Shown piece by piece: positions 52,630 to 63,298 of a stretch of 64,000 bases of DNA. A program made the position numbers and the translations under genes. The notes under the pieces were generated by a model. The model did no database searches. It was not told the DNA's origin and saw only the letters and a program-made list of their open reading frames with translations. Source of the stretch: Candidatus Saccharimonadota bacterium (lineage in GTDB: Bacteria; Patescibacteriota; Saccharimonadia; Saccharimonadales; 2-12-FULL-41-12); assembly GCA_022842995.1 (NCBI GenBank), contig JALHOM010000003.1, positions 12,659-76,658 on the forward strand, given 5' to 3'. Within the stretch, counting starts at the first letter, position 1. The number at the start of each line of letters is the position of its first letter.

Positions 52630-55600
52630 GGATACGATAAATCCTTCGAGAGTGGTGATAGATTAGATAAACTACTACGCCCGCAAGCGTAACTCCACTG
52701 ACCACTTTGCCATAGCCAAACCACTTCTGCGGCACATAGACTATAGTCATCTCGAAATCATAACTGCCGTCATTATTTTTCGAACAATCAGAAGCTGAAT
52801 TCTTGCAGTGTTCTATCGGGTCAACATACCAAGCATTCATAAAATTATTGAGCCTGTAATGGTCATCTAGATTGACTGCAACTCGCTGATTCGTAGACAT
52901 CAATCGCCACCGAACATCGTACCTCTCTGCAAATTCCAGTACAAACGGGTCTATGCCGCCACTTATTTTCACATTCTTTTTAACTGTGCTGACATTTTGG
53001 AAATCGGTTGATTTTGGCACTTTCATCTGTCTGCCGGGCGACTGCAAGACGGCGTATTTTGTATTTATATCCGGTATTTCCCCAAAGAAAAAATTATCAT
53101 ATCGGTTAACGTAATTAATTGTAGCCCGTCTCTCATCCGAATAGGAATACATGACTAAATCAATATTATCCGCCCCGAAAGGTATACGAATATATCGTTT
53201 GTAACGATCCCAAACTTGACCAGTGTCAATTTGCTCAGTAATTCTGCTACCAGCTTTGTCATTAAACCCTATGTAGTAACCTGCGGTTCTCGCATTTTGA
53301 CTCTGATGATCAAATGCAAAATAATATAAACCACCCTCTTTAACTTTGATATTATTAACACCTGTGCAGGCAATATGCCGCTTAGCACTTAACTCGAGTG
53401 AGTACTTTCCGTCACTCGCAATATTTTGCCGACGATCCATATTTATTATCGGATCGTCATCATAGGCATTGCAGTCACTGACTTTCTCTTGCCACAACCG
53501 ATTTTCAAATGAGGGATCTGGGATCAGATTCGCTAGCTGTTCTCCTCCGCTATCAAATTGAAAGCTGCCGTTATTTGAATTGCCTTTCAGAGACATCTCT
53601 TTCAAATCATCTTTGAAAGATCTATTGACTTGCGTTTTCATTGGCTTTACAGAAACATTCCTTAGCTGTGTAATGCCAAGAATCGGCTGCCTAATATTTT
53701 TATAAAACCTAAATGTAACCTTTGCTGTATTTGCGTTTTTTGGGACAGGGACTCTTACCATTTCAGTTCGCCAGCCAGAACCACCAGTATTAAATATTTT
53801 TTCCGAACCGATTTTGTTTTCATCAAATTCTACTGTATAACCCAAAAATTTACCCGTGACAGAATTATGATCAAACTCAAATAATAAATTCTCCGCTCCA
53901 TTCAGTTTTATGTCACCAAAGTCTTGACAAGCTATGTGGTGATTAACGGAAACTTCTAAGTAATTACCTTCTCTCGAATTATTGGTCGTTTTTTTGTAAT
54001 CACCCTTATCAAAATAATCCGTGCAATCTCGGAGTGGAGGTAGAGATTCGTCTGGAAAATTACCATTCCTGAGGATACTTTGGCCGGCCGTAAAAACTGT
54101 ATAATAATCTCTTGCCACGCCCATAGACCTTAACTCCGTTGCGGCAGCAACTTTACTTATCTGATCGTCAATTTCAATATATGTGTCCGAGCCGCCAGTA
54201 TTAATTTCTGTAATTTTTTGCGACTCTTCAAGTATCGCCGATCTATCATATTCAAGGCTTCCAATAGGGTCTTCCGATACACTTAAAGAAGCGCCTGACT
54301 GTTTCAATTGGATACTTCTACTACCTGCAATGTATAATGTCTCGTCGGATTTTAGTTCCAGCTCGTCGGTAATTCTTCCTTCATTCGATATAAATTCGTC
54401 AGTATTTTCAAACAAATTTTTTATAAACGGAAGCTTATTATTATTTTCCTTACTTACAACGAAATTAAGCTCATTACGTCCAATCGTCTTCGAAATAAAG
54501 TCCATTTTTTGTCGTATATTTAGTTCTGAGTTAATTTGAACTACACTATCACTTGATCTGATATAAGGTTTTGGATTTTCGTTTTTATAAATATCATAAT
54601 TACGACCGTCGGCTTCTTTTTTCAGCCATGATATTTGATCCAAACTTCTTTCGTAGTAGCCTCGGTCATCTCCGTAAAATCTATAGAAATCCTCCCCAGC
54701 CTCGCTCAATCTTGGCGGGAGTATAACGTGCGAAATCGAGGACTCGGATAGCAATGACTCTGCGAAGCTAGACTGGAGCAATTCCACAATATCACTCTCG
54801 ATCGGCTGTTCTGTAGTACTATACTCATCCTTACTATACAAAAGCCACTCGTTATCAAGTAAATTGACAGCGTTCGCTTTTGGCTTTCCGATAGAGGATT
54901 CTGCCCAGCGACCAGGAGAGGGGACCCACAGTGCCCTCCCCGGCGACTCGGGCGAACCCACCGTTTCATTAATTGCTTTATACTCCGGAGGTACTGGACT
55001 GCTTACCGTAAGCCCCCCTAACCTTCCGCTCACGACCGGGAAAGCGTTTACAGCAGATGACAGGACAACTAATGATGAGGCGACAAATATAATTTTATTC
55101 CGATGTTTATTTTTAAGTTTGAACAAGCCATAAATGCTAAGACCTATCAGACCCATATACCCAAGTGCAGTTAGTGTATAAAATTTAGATGATTCACGAA
55201 ATAAATTAAATCCAGGGATATTAGAATAGGACCAAAAATACAAATTAGAGAAAGGCTCGCCGGATTGCTTAGCATACAGGATCCCTGCGGCGGCAATTAT
55301 CACAAAAAAGAGCGTAATGCGACGACGAGCAACCGAAGGGCTAAATACGACAGCCATGGCAATTATTGGGGCGACCCAAAGGTGAGGCAATATAGTCTGC
55401 ATTATGAATTCATCATTCGGTAAACCACCCGTCCAATACCAAGGGCTGAGCGCTAGGGAGTGGGCGATATCGGCCAGCTCATCACCAAATAAACCTCTAT
55501 TCGCAATAGCACCGATATCTTGACTTGCTCCTCCTAGAACTGTAGGCAATATCCAAAAAGCATTCAAAAGCAAAATCAATAATACGGATAACAATCCATA

Positions 55601-56236
55601 AACATACAACAATCTGTCCTTAAATTTAAAATGCAGTAACAAGTAAACTAGCAAGACCAACGTTACAAGAAACATTATCCGTACTTCATAAATCAAACCG
55701 ACGTTATAGCATAATACGAAGTAAACCCAACTACTTAGCCTTCTGTTCTGCATCGCTTTCATAAATAAGAGAATGATCAAAGGGGCCAAGGCGTATACGA
55801 CATGGATGGGCGGCTGATTAGTTATCCCGTAGGGTGTGGTGGCATAAAAAATCGCTGCGATAAACGCAGCAAATTTATTCTCGATAACGTTCTTCATTAA
55901 AAAGTACGGCGACAGAAAAGTAAGCAAAGCTATTGGTATAAAGAAAGTAATCTTAGTAACCGCATCATAGCCTAGCCCAAGCAATGCTAGAGCATCCCAA
56001 ATATTCATAAATATCGCGAATGGAAGTTGAATATTCGTTTGACCAAAATTATCCGTAGATATCCATGTTTGCCATACGTTTCCTATTTCTTGCACCTGCT
56101 GAGGTGACAGATAACCCCAATCGCCAGATGTCAGTGCAGTTGTCGGATTAAACCAGGCATTGTGAACTAAAATAGACAGCAACACCAGTGCGAATACATA
56201 GATCTTATTTGAATGCTTATGAAAAAGCTCTATCAT
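52613..56236 (-). CDS. large polytopic membrane protein (1207 aa), GT-C-like N-terminal half with carbohydrate-binding-like C-terminal repeats
   Basis: About 14 TM segments in the first ~430 aa. The C-terminal half has two similar modules (NGNFPDESL...HHIACQDFG; DPSFENRLW...RHIACTGVN). C-terminal TM. Confidence 0.6.
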   Translation of the reverse strand: MIELFHKHSNKIYVFALVLLSILVHNAWFNPTTALTSGDWGYLSPQQVQEIGNVWQTWISTDNFGQTNIQLPFAIFMNIWDALALLGLGYDAVTKITFFIPIALLTFLSPYFLMKNVIENKFAAFIAAIFYATTPYGITNQPPIHVVYALAPLIILLFMKAMQNRRLSSWVYFVLCYNVGLIYEVRIMFLVTLVLLVYLLLHFKFKDRLLYVYGLLSVLLILLLNAFWILPTVLGGASQDIGAIANRGLFGDELADIAHSLALSPWYWTGGLPNDEFIMQTILPHLWVAPIIAMAVVFSPSVARRRITLFFVIIAAAGILYAKQSGEPFSNLYFWSYSNIPGFNLFRESSKFYTLTALGYMGLIGLSIYGLFKLKNKHRNKIIFVASSLVVLSSAVNAFPVVSGRLGGLTVSSPVPPEYKAINETVGSPESPGRALWVPSPGRWAESSIGKPKANAVNLLDNEWLLYSKDEYSTTEQPIESDIVELLQSSFAESLLSESSISHVILPPRLSEAGEDFYRFYGDDRGYYERSLDQISWLKKEADGRNYDIYKNENPKPYIRSSDSVVQINSELNIRQKMDFISKTIGRNELNFVVSKENNNKLPFIKNLFENTDEFISNEGRITDELELKSDETLYIAGSRSIQLKQSGASLSVSEDPIGSLEYDRSAILEESQKITEINTGGSDTYIEIDDQISKVAAATELRSMGVARDYYTVFTAGQSILRNGNFPDESLPPLRDCTDYFDKGDYKKTTNNSREGNYLEVSVNHHIACQDFGDIKLNGAENLLFEFDHNSVTGKFLGYTVEFDENKIGSEKIFNTGGSGWRTEMVRVPVPKNANTAKVTFRFYKNIRQPILGITQLRNVSVKPMKTQVNRSFKDDLKEMSLKGNSNNGSFQFDSGGEQLANLIPDPSFENRLWQEKVSDCNAYDDDPIINMDRRQNIASDGKYSLELSAKRHIACTGVNNIKVKEGGLYYFAFDHQSQNARTAGYYIGFNDKAGSRITEQIDTGQVWDRYKRYIRIPFGADNIDLVMYSYSDERRATINYVNRYDNFFFGEIPDINTKYAVLQSPGRQMKVPKSTDFQNVSTVKKNVKISGGIDPFVLEFAERYDVRWRLMSTNQRVAVNLDDHYRLNNFMNAWYVDPIEHCKNSASDCSKNNDGSYDFEMTIVYVPQKWFGYGKVVSGVTLAGVVVYLIYHHSRRIYRIHAKTK

Positions 56237-57183
56237 TTTTTAAATACGCCAGGTATCAACTGAAATATGAAGTAAAAAATTAAATTAGGCCTTGGATATT
56301 TAATTAGTAGATAAAACTTCTTCGGTAAATTCTCTAAGAGTGATATATCGAAATCTATTTGCTCTTGCCTGGCCTTCAATGCGCGCTTCTTTGCGTCAGT
56401 GCTACAATATTTGCCTGCAGCGTTTATCGCTACCTGCATGTTCCTTAAACTATTTAGATAATTACTGAGAGAATCTTTCCTAAATAATGACTTAGCGTAA
56501 TACCTAATACCTCGAATTTTCGCCCCCTGCATATTGCCTGGCCTTTGCCTATATTTCACTAGCGGGGTATCTATGTAGCCGATATCTCCGGAAGCTAATG
56601 CGACCAGTGCACACCAATGATCCTGATTAATACCTGTCGGAACCGGCAACAAACGCTCAACCAAACCCTTTCGAATAACTACCGACGGTGCAGTTACATA
56701 ATTTTCATTCAGCACAAAGCGAAATTTTTGATTTTCGTCATATTTTGACTTACTTTGAAGATCGAACTGATCAGACATTTTTTTCCCAGTAGAACTCAGA
56801 TCTTCATTAACGATTTCCAGATCATGAAAGACAAGGTAGATATCCTTATTCTTCTCTAAAAAAGCTAACTGTTTCTCTATCTTCTCGGGCTCCCAATAAT
56901 CATCAACATCACAGACCGCAACAAAGTCAGCGTCTGATATTTTTAATAATTCTTCAAAATTTTTTGCTAGTTTTAGGTTTGTTTTATTTTGCCGTACAAT
57001 TATTTTATTGGGGTATTTTTTTGCATAATTGCGTGCAATATCATAAGTAGCGTCAGTTGAGCAGTCGTCAGAAATAATCAATCTCCAATCGGAATAATTC
57101 TGACCTAAGATACTCTCAACCTGTTCTGATATATAAGCCTCTGCATTAAATGCAGTTAGTAATATATCAATCTTAGCCTTCAT
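56233..57183 (-). CDS. family 2 glycosyltransferase
   Basis: Start at MKAKIDILLTAFNAEAYI (ATG 57183); ISDDCSTD, CDVDDYWEP (DxD). Confidence 0.85.
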   Translation of the reverse strand: MKAKIDILLTAFNAEAYISEQVESILGQNYSDWRLIISDDCSTDATYDIARNYAKKYPNKIIVRQNKTNLKLAKNFEELLKISDADFVAVCDVDDYWEPEKIEKQLAFLEKNKDIYLVFHDLEIVNEDLSSTGKKMSDQFDLQSKSKYDENQKFRFVLNENYVTAPSVVIRKGLVERLLPVPTGINQDHWCALVALASGDIGYIDTPLVKYRQRPGNMQGAKIRGIRYYAKSLFRKDSLSNYLNSLRNMQVAINAAGKYCSTDAKKRALKARQEQIDFDISLLENLPKKFYLLIKYPRPNLIFYFIFQLIPGVFKK

Positions 57184-57862
57184 GATTTGGTCCTTTTTTG
57201 TTGACAACAATCACTAACCTATAAAAATTCTGGCCTTTTTTGTCCAATAAATTTATAAGCCAAAAAGGCAAAAGTGGGTCGATATACGACGTGCCTTTAG
57301 TTAACTGTTCAATTTTTTGAGTAATCCGGTGCATTTTGATAGATTCATGCCAGTAAAAATCGGTGGAACAATCGTCCGGTATAGCGCTCAATACGAGAGA
57401 TTCATCTGGGTAATCAAGTTCAACATGCTCGTTTAGCCAGCCCGGTACGGCTTTCTTTTGGCTGAGAAGTTTAGCTAATTGCTCCTCATCAGCCCTTCTT
57501 GCAGCATCTCCGCAAGGGAAAGCAATCACTAATTTATCGCCAGTTACCCTTATTAATTCCTTAACTGCCTTCTTCCGCAATTTTTCAGGTATATGTTCGA
57601 TCATATCCAACGAAAAAGTTATATCAAACTCATCATTTTCGAATGGTAAATCCAATGCACTTGCTTTAATTGCTCTCATATTTACATGAGTTTGCCTATT
57701 TGCACCGTAGTCACCAAAATCATTGTCCACTCCCGTAAACAGAGTATTCTTAAAATATTGCCCCAATCCCTGACTTCCGCAACCGACTTCAAGGATCGAA
57801 CTACTCTCGTTTTTCGCTAAATGAGAGCGTAAAATATTATATCTAATTTTATGATTAATCAC
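57173..57862 (-). CDS. class I SAM-dependent methyltransferase
   Basis: ILEVGCGSQGLG motif I; FDITFSLDMIEHI motif. Confidence 0.8.
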   Translation of the reverse strand: MINHKIRYNILRSHLAKNESSSILEVGCGSQGLGQYFKNTLFTGVDNDFGDYGANRQTHVNMRAIKASALDLPFENDEFDITFSLDMIEHIPEKLRKKAVKELIRVTGDKLVIAFPCGDAARRADEEQLAKLLSQKKAVPGWLNEHVELDYPDESLVLSAIPDDCSTDFYWHESIKMHRITQKIEQLTKGTSYIDPLLPFWLINLLDKKGQNFYRLVIVVNKKGPNHEG

Positions 57863-57863
57863 T

Positions 57864-58835
57864 TTAACCCCTAACCCTACTTACTAAATGATTCAGTTTC
57901 GCCGGCCACCAATACATCAACTTCATTATTTCCCGGTCTTTAGAAACTCTATTTTGCTGAACTAGTGAACGCTTTTTCAAGATTTTAGAAATATTTACAA
58001 TATTGAACCACCATCCCAAAACGTAGGTTGCCGATATCCCAGGTTTAATTGCAAAAAGAAAAGCAATTATTTCAGCTACATTAATTACAAAATAGACTGG
58101 CAAAACCCAAAGTAAGTTGTAGGCCGAGTAATTTTTAAGCAACATCTGTAACGTATTCTGATTCCGCCATAAAAAAACCTTCGAGTTAATTCCGCTATCC
58201 GAAGATCCAGTCCCATAATGATGTACGTAAACATTTGGGGCGTATGCAATTGTCTTCCCATATATATGCAGTCTCCAAAACCAGTCAACATCTTCGCAAT
58301 ACATAAAAAAATCATTATCCAATCCACCAGAAAATTCATATAAATCTTTCGAGAACAGTAACGAAACGCCACTTAGAAAGAAGGGTGGTTTATCAGAATT
58401 TTTTAGATTTATAGGGTGGCCAAATATATCAATCTTCCTCGAAAAATTACTAACCTGATCAACCTTTAACTCTGGACCCACCTCTGTTGGCGCAACAACA
58501 TCAAAGTTATTTTCCTGGTAAAAACCGACTAACTCTTCAATAAATTCTTTCTCAACCCAGGTATCATTGTTCAATAGCAGCAAGAGCTCACCCCTTGCCT
58601 CTGCAATCCCAGCGTTATTTCCGCTAGCAAAACCAAGATTTTTCCCCGTCTCAACAATTCGAACTTTAGGGTAGTTTTTAATTACATATTTCACACTATC
58701 ATCAGTAGAGCCGTTGTCGACTAGTACGATCTCGAAGTCTTTGTAGGTTTGACCATTAAGACTGCCTAGACATTCTTTAAGCCACTTTTTTCCATTCCAA
58801 TTAACGATAATAGCCGAGACAAGAGGCTGCTTCAT
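57864..58835 (-). CDS. family 2 glycosyltransferase (rhamnosyltransferase-like)
   Basis: Start trimmed to MKQPLVSAIIVNWNG (58835), 8 nt after the upstream stop; VDNGSTDDS, LLNNDT; C-terminal TM segments. Confidence 0.85.
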   Translation of the reverse strand: MKQPLVSAIIVNWNGKKWLKECLGSLNGQTYKDFEIVLVDNGSTDDSVKYVIKNYPKVRIVETGKNLGFASGNNAGIAEARGELLLLLNNDTWVEKEFIEELVGFYQENNFDVVAPTEVGPELKVDQVSNFSRKIDIFGHPINLKNSDKPPFFLSGVSLLFSKDLYEFSGGLDNDFFMYCEDVDWFWRLHIYGKTIAYAPNVYVHHYGTGSSDSGINSKVFLWRNQNTLQMLLKNYSAYNLLWVLPVYFVINVAEIIAFLFAIKPGISATYVLGWWFNIVNISKILKKRSLVQQNRVSKDREIMKLMYWWPAKLNHLVSRVRG

Positions 58836-58843
58836 GACGACCT

Positions 58844-59674
58844 TTAACCCTTCACCTTCTTGAGGCTTTTCGGTGGCCCTGCAATCATTCCCATAAATCC
58901 AGCGACATATTTTACGAACATATAGAACCAAAAGACGATAAAAAGATGGGGGCGTTTAAGTAGTTCCTTCTGGACTTTCTTGAAACTAGGTCGGAAAAAT
59001 GCAAGTTGCTTTGTAGAAATTTGAGTGTTTTTCTGATGATATCTCCTGATTGTTCTGCCATAGTAAAAAAACTTACGCCAGACCTCTAAAATGCTTTTTG
59101 GCTCACCGATGTGGTTTTCGACTGCGTCTACATGTGCCCATTTATATCCCGCTTCAACTATCCGGTTATGAAGGTCGAAATCCTCGCCAGCAACCATCGA
59201 CTCGTCAAACATCCCGACAGCCTTGAAAACTTTTCGCTTCATAAAGCGTACTGCAACTATACTGTCGTCGTTACGATAACTCTCTCGCTCATAGTACCTA
59301 ACTTTTGCCCAAACACTGTCCCCAACACTGCGGTTATGTAGCGCCAGAGCATCGTAGCCTTCATTCATTTTTGCGACACAAGTTTTTATAACGTCTTTAT
59401 CCAAGACGTAGTCTGGTCCAATCCTGTATATATAATCTCCCTTGGACTTCATGTATCCGTAATTAAATTGTGTACTACGCTCTGGGCCTTTCTGATAGAT
59501 TTGGTCGGCGTACTTTTTGCCGATTTCATACGTACCATCTTTACTGAAGTTATCTACAACGATAATCTCAATATTTTTATATGACTGAGACCGGACACTC
59601 TTCAGGCACTTCTCAAAATGTGCTGCCGTATTTTTACAGGCGATAATAATGGATACTCTAGGATTTTTCTTCAT
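58844..59674 (-). CDS. family 2 glycosyltransferase
   Basis: VSIIIACKNTAAHFEKCL, VVDNFSKDGT, GEDFDL. Confidence 0.85.
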   Translation of the reverse strand: MKKNPRVSIIIACKNTAAHFEKCLKSVRSQSYKNIEIIVVDNFSKDGTYEIGKKYADQIYQKGPERSTQFNYGYMKSKGDYIYRIGPDYVLDKDVIKTCVAKMNEGYDALALHNRSVGDSVWAKVRYYERESYRNDDSIVAVRFMKRKVFKAVGMFDESMVAGEDFDLHNRIVEAGYKWAHVDAVENHIGEPKSILEVWRKFFYYGRTIRRYHQKNTQISTKQLAFFRPSFKKVQKELLKRPHLFIVFWFYMFVKYVAGFMGMIAGPPKSLKKVKG

Positions 59675-60540
59675 ACATTACCTCCTCTTGGCGGAACTGA
59701 ATTCGATTTGCCCCTTATTGCGCCCTTAAGGTACCCTGCTGCGCCCGCAAGATACTCTAAGGATTTCATTACCAGCATGCCTAACGATTCTAGTGGGTTC
59801 GCGAGAAGCTTGTTGGGGTTCCGAAAAAATAATCTAAATCGAGCCACAGGCCCCGCATCGTCCATCAGCTTCGAAGTTGTGTTAGAGGCAGACAAGTACT
59901 GCTGGGCATGCTGGGCGTAGTAATACTTTTTCTTGAGGGTTTTATATAAATTAATTTTGCCTTCATTGTGATAAATCAAATCATCAATGCGCACGATCTT
60001 GCCGATTTCTCTTACTCTCCGGCTCAAGTCCCAGTCTTCCCCACTTACTAAGTCCGTATTAAATCCACCAAGTTTTTGATAAGTTGCTTTTTTAAAAAAG
60101 CGAGCTGCTTCTATAGCGTCGTTTCCGATATAATATGACCTCTCCAGCTTTTTGCACTGCGCCCAAAAGCCTATTCCAAATGACTCCTCAGGGATAATAA
60201 CTCCTTCGTTTTTGGCACTTTTTGCCATAGCACTTACGCAAGACTCAACCACGCCATCGCTAAGCTTCATGTCTGAGTCTATAATCGCCACGTATTCGCC
60301 AGATGCTTTATCTACCCCAAGGTTTCTTTGGGCGGAGCGTTCGGGGCCATGGTTGAAGACTTTTTTGGTAAACTTACGAGCGATCTTTTTGGTGTCGTCG
60401 GTTGAGTCACGATCTACGATCATTAATTCAATTTTTTTATACGTCTGGTCGGCTATGGACTGCAGACAATCTTCTAGAGTTCCCGCGCTATTCCGCGTCG
60501 GGACAATCACTGAAACCAGAGGGTCTTTGGTCCTGCTCAC
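59671..60540 (-). CDS. family 2 glycosyltransferase
   Basis: VSVIVPTRNSAGTL, VDRDSTDDT, IDSDM, GEDWDL. Start set to the GTG at 60540, which forms a GTGA overlap with the upstream stop (the track ATG at 60606 would overlap by 70 nt). Confidence 0.8.
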   Translation of the reverse strand: MSRTKDPLVSVIVPTRNSAGTLEDCLQSIADQTYKKIELMIVDRDSTDDTKKIARKFTKKVFNHGPERSAQRNLGVDKASGEYVAIIDSDMKLSDGVVESCVSAMAKSAKNEGVIIPEESFGIGFWAQCKKLERSYYIGNDAIEAARFFKKATYQKLGGFNTDLVSGEDWDLSRRVREIGKIVRIDDLIYHNEGKINLYKTLKKKYYYAQHAQQYLSASNTTSKLMDDAGPVARFRLFFRNPNKLLANPLESLGMLVMKSLEYLAGAAGYLKGAIRGKSNSVPPRGGNV

Positions 60541-61676
60541 GCGGTTTCCTTTAGTACGTTTTTGAAATCTTTGTAGCATTGTTCGAAGGTGATTTGCTTG
60601 CTCCATTGCCAGGCGTCTTGTTGCAGTCTTTTATATAACGAGTCGTCGGTCAGAATTGTTACAATATTTTTGGCTAAATCTTCCGGCGTCGACACGCTTA
60701 CCAACCCAGTTTTATAATGCCGCACGCTGTCACGCAGGCCATCGCTGTTATATACCACCGCTGGCGTGCCTTGGCTATTTGCCTCGGTCACCGTCAGTCC
60801 CCAGCCTTCTTTGACCGCTGTTTGTAACAATATGTGCGCTTTGCCCATAAGCTCGACTTTTTTGGCCTCACTCACCCGACCGAGATATTCTATGGCGTCT
60901 TTGTGTCGACTAGCTTCTACGTATGCGAGGACCTTTTTGCCGTACGCAGTATTGGCTCCACCGCCGGCAATCTTCATGCGTAGTTCTGGCATTTCGTCCC
61001 GCGCAATCTCAAAGGCTTTGACCTGCGCCAAAGTTTGCTTCATAGCCCGCAGAGCACCCAAACTCAAAACCGTCGACTGAGAATACTTCCCCCCCAATTT
61101 CAAATTTCTATTTTCTAATTTCTGAATTGGCTTAATGCCAATTCCCTCGGATATAATATGAATCTTGTTACCACGGAAGGTATAACGCATCAGATCTTTC
61201 TTGGTCGATTCACTGACTGTCAGTACCGTTGCCTTGGACCGAGACAGCAAAAACGTCGCAGCCGGCTCTAAAATTCCATAGCCAATAATCGCAAGCGGCA
61301 ACGGCGCTTCATAAAACCAGATCTGCCGTGCTAACTGGTGATAAAACAAGATTGAACGTGTCTTTTTGCCCTTAAAAAACGGCGTGAAGTACGGCGCAGT
61401 ATTGACCGCCTCTATCACTACGTCGTATTTGCCACGACAATGCTTTATGAAATATGGCGCAGTTTTAAAAGGCTGAATATACCGGTTACCCTTTAACCGA
61501 ACAACATTTGCTCCATCGAGCTCCAGCTCTTCATGTTTACCCGAAAATGAAGCAGTAAGGATATCCACTTCGTGGCCATCGGCAATCTGGCGCTTGATAA
61601 TCTCGTGCATCACCAACTCCGCCCCGCCACTCTGGGGGTGCTCCCAATCCTTCCAGGTAACCCACAGAACTCTCAC
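60537..61676 (-). CDS. family 4 (GT-B) glycosyltransferase
   Basis: 379 aa; N-terminal GGAE motif region; C-terminal EGWGLTVTEANSQGTPAV (E-x7-E type). Confidence 0.85.
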   Translation of the reverse strand: MRVLWVTWKDWEHPQSGGAELVMHEIIKRQIADGHEVDILTASFSGKHEELELDGANVVRLKGNRYIQPFKTAPYFIKHCRGKYDVVIEAVNTAPYFTPFFKGKKTRSILFYHQLARQIWFYEAPLPLAIIGYGILEPAATFLLSRSKATVLTVSESTKKDLMRYTFRGNKIHIISEGIGIKPIQKLENRNLKLGGKYSQSTVLSLGALRAMKQTLAQVKAFEIARDEMPELRMKIAGGGANTAYGKKVLAYVEASRHKDAIEYLGRVSEAKKVELMGKAHILLQTAVKEGWGLTVTEANSQGTPAVVYNSDGLRDSVRHYKTGLVSVSTPEDLAKNIVTILTDDSLYKRLQQDAWQWSKQITFEQCYKDFKNVLKETA

Positions 61677-62635
61677 ACCGTGGCCTCCTCTGGATTGTCT
61701 TCTTCTGGACGGAGAATATACAGCGGTCTATCTATCACCTCGGCATGAATGTGCGCAATATACAACGCCACCAGCCCAAGACTCGCCAGAACCATCCCAA
61801 CCAAAAACAAAAGCATAACGGCCAGCAAAGCCGTTCCAGAGGTACTGAGACCCAAAATGTCATCTAGCAAAAATCGGTTTACGCCCAAAACTACTCCCAT
61901 CGGCCCCGAAAAAGCCAAGATAAAGACCCCGATATACCCAGCAAGCCTCAGCGGGAACAAACTATACGACGTCAGGCTATTGAAAGCCAGGCCAACCAGT
62001 TTGCGGTAATTATACGAAGCCTTGCCACTATGCCGCTCTGCCGCCGTAAAGTAGATGTAATCCCTGTCGAAACCAAGCCAGTCTATGAGACCGCGGATCA
62101 TGCGATTCCTCTCGGTAAAACGGTTGAACTCGTCCAATACGACGCGGTCGATGAGCCGAAAGTCGGTAGCGTGCGGCGTGATATGAGTATGAGAAATAGA
62201 GCTCAATAATTTATAAAAAGCGCCCGAGCTTTTGCGCTTGAACCAACCAGCTTGCTTGGAATAATGCTTAACCCCCACTACCACTTCCTGGCCCTGCTCC
62301 CATTTATCCAAAAACTGCGGGATCAAATGCGGTGGGTGCTGAAGGTCAGCGTCCATAACAATTGCGGCGTTGCCTTTGGCTGCGTGAAGTCCGGCCGATG
62401 TTGCCGCCTCTTTACCAAAGTTGCGTGAAAACCGCAGTAAACGCACGCGCTTGTCCTTCTTTTGGAGCTTGCGAACCTGCGCCACGGAATTGTCGCGGCT
62501 GCCATCATCAACAAAAATAATTTCCAAACGATCGACAATTTTATCGACATGTTCAATAAGCGCATCATAGAGCGGCTTGATGTTGGTTGCCTCGTTATAA
62601 AACGGCACCACAATACTGATATATCGCTTCGCCAT
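61673..62635 (-). CDS. family 2 polyprenyl-phosphate glycosyltransferase (GtrB/ArnC/DPM1-like) with two C-terminal TM helices
   Basis: ISIVVPFYNEATNI, VDDGSRDNS, MDADLQHPP, C-terminal TM pair. Confidence 0.88.
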   Translation of the reverse strand: MAKRYISIVVPFYNEATNIKPLYDALIEHVDKIVDRLEIIFVDDGSRDNSVAQVRKLQKKDKRVRLLRFSRNFGKEAATSAGLHAAKGNAAIVMDADLQHPPHLIPQFLDKWEQGQEVVVGVKHYSKQAGWFKRKSSGAFYKLLSSISHTHITPHATDFRLIDRVVLDEFNRFTERNRMIRGLIDWLGFDRDYIYFTAAERHSGKASYNYRKLVGLAFNSLTSYSLFPLRLAGYIGVFILAFSGPMGVVLGVNRFLLDDILGLSTSGTALLAVMLLFLVGMVLASLGLVALYIAHIHAEVIDRPLYILRPEEDNPEEATV

Positions 62636-62982
62636 TTTTTCTACTCTACCTCCATGCTGGGATTCGCACTCTCCAAGTCAATACCTCCTTGGAAAAAAAT
62701 TTCATTAATCTTGCTTATCCCCACATTAAATCCGCATATACCGAGATAAATCCCGATAACGCATACTCTCAAATGCCAAACCCCAATAATTCATTAGATA
62801 AGGTCTATCAATTATTATAGCCGGTGTTACCGCTCACGACCAGCCCTCCAACAGATAAGCCACCCTAAATCCGTTACGTCTCCCCCTAGCACCCTCAACT
62901 CAACCAATCATCAACCAGTCATCCTGCCCCAACCCACCCAACTCTACTCTTCCACGAACCTCACCCCCCTTGCGCAAGCTTT

Positions 62983-63012
62983 TTGCGCAGGGTCTGACCC
63001 TGCGCACTCTGC
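62983..63012. repeat. 30-nt direct repeat copy 1 containing a 21-nt palindrome
   Basis: ttGCGCAGGGTCtGACCCTGCGCactctgc, identical to 63166-63195. Both copies are followed ~30 nt later by [tc]tagagcactca. Confidence 0.9.
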
Positions 63013-63165
63013 GCACTTCACCGCCAAGGCCGAAGTTATTAGAGCACTCAAAACAAAAGTACGGCAAGACAATAATAGCGCTTTCATGCGCACTTCTCTT
63101 GCCAGCGTGTAAGAGCAAACCCCTGATCGCTAATTTCGAATCACTAATTCACCCATCTCCTCTTG

Positions 63166-63195
63166 TTGCGCAGGGTCTGACCCTGCGCACTCTGC
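63166..63195. repeat. 30-nt direct repeat copy 2
   Basis: Identical to 62983-63012. Confidence 0.9.
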
Positions 63196-63298
63196 AATCG
63201 AGGGCCAACTCACTAGAGCACTCATTGGTGAGTACAACAAGTCAGCACCACTTTCCTCGCTCACTCCCTGCTAAAAAGTCGGGGCGGGTACCTTATTG

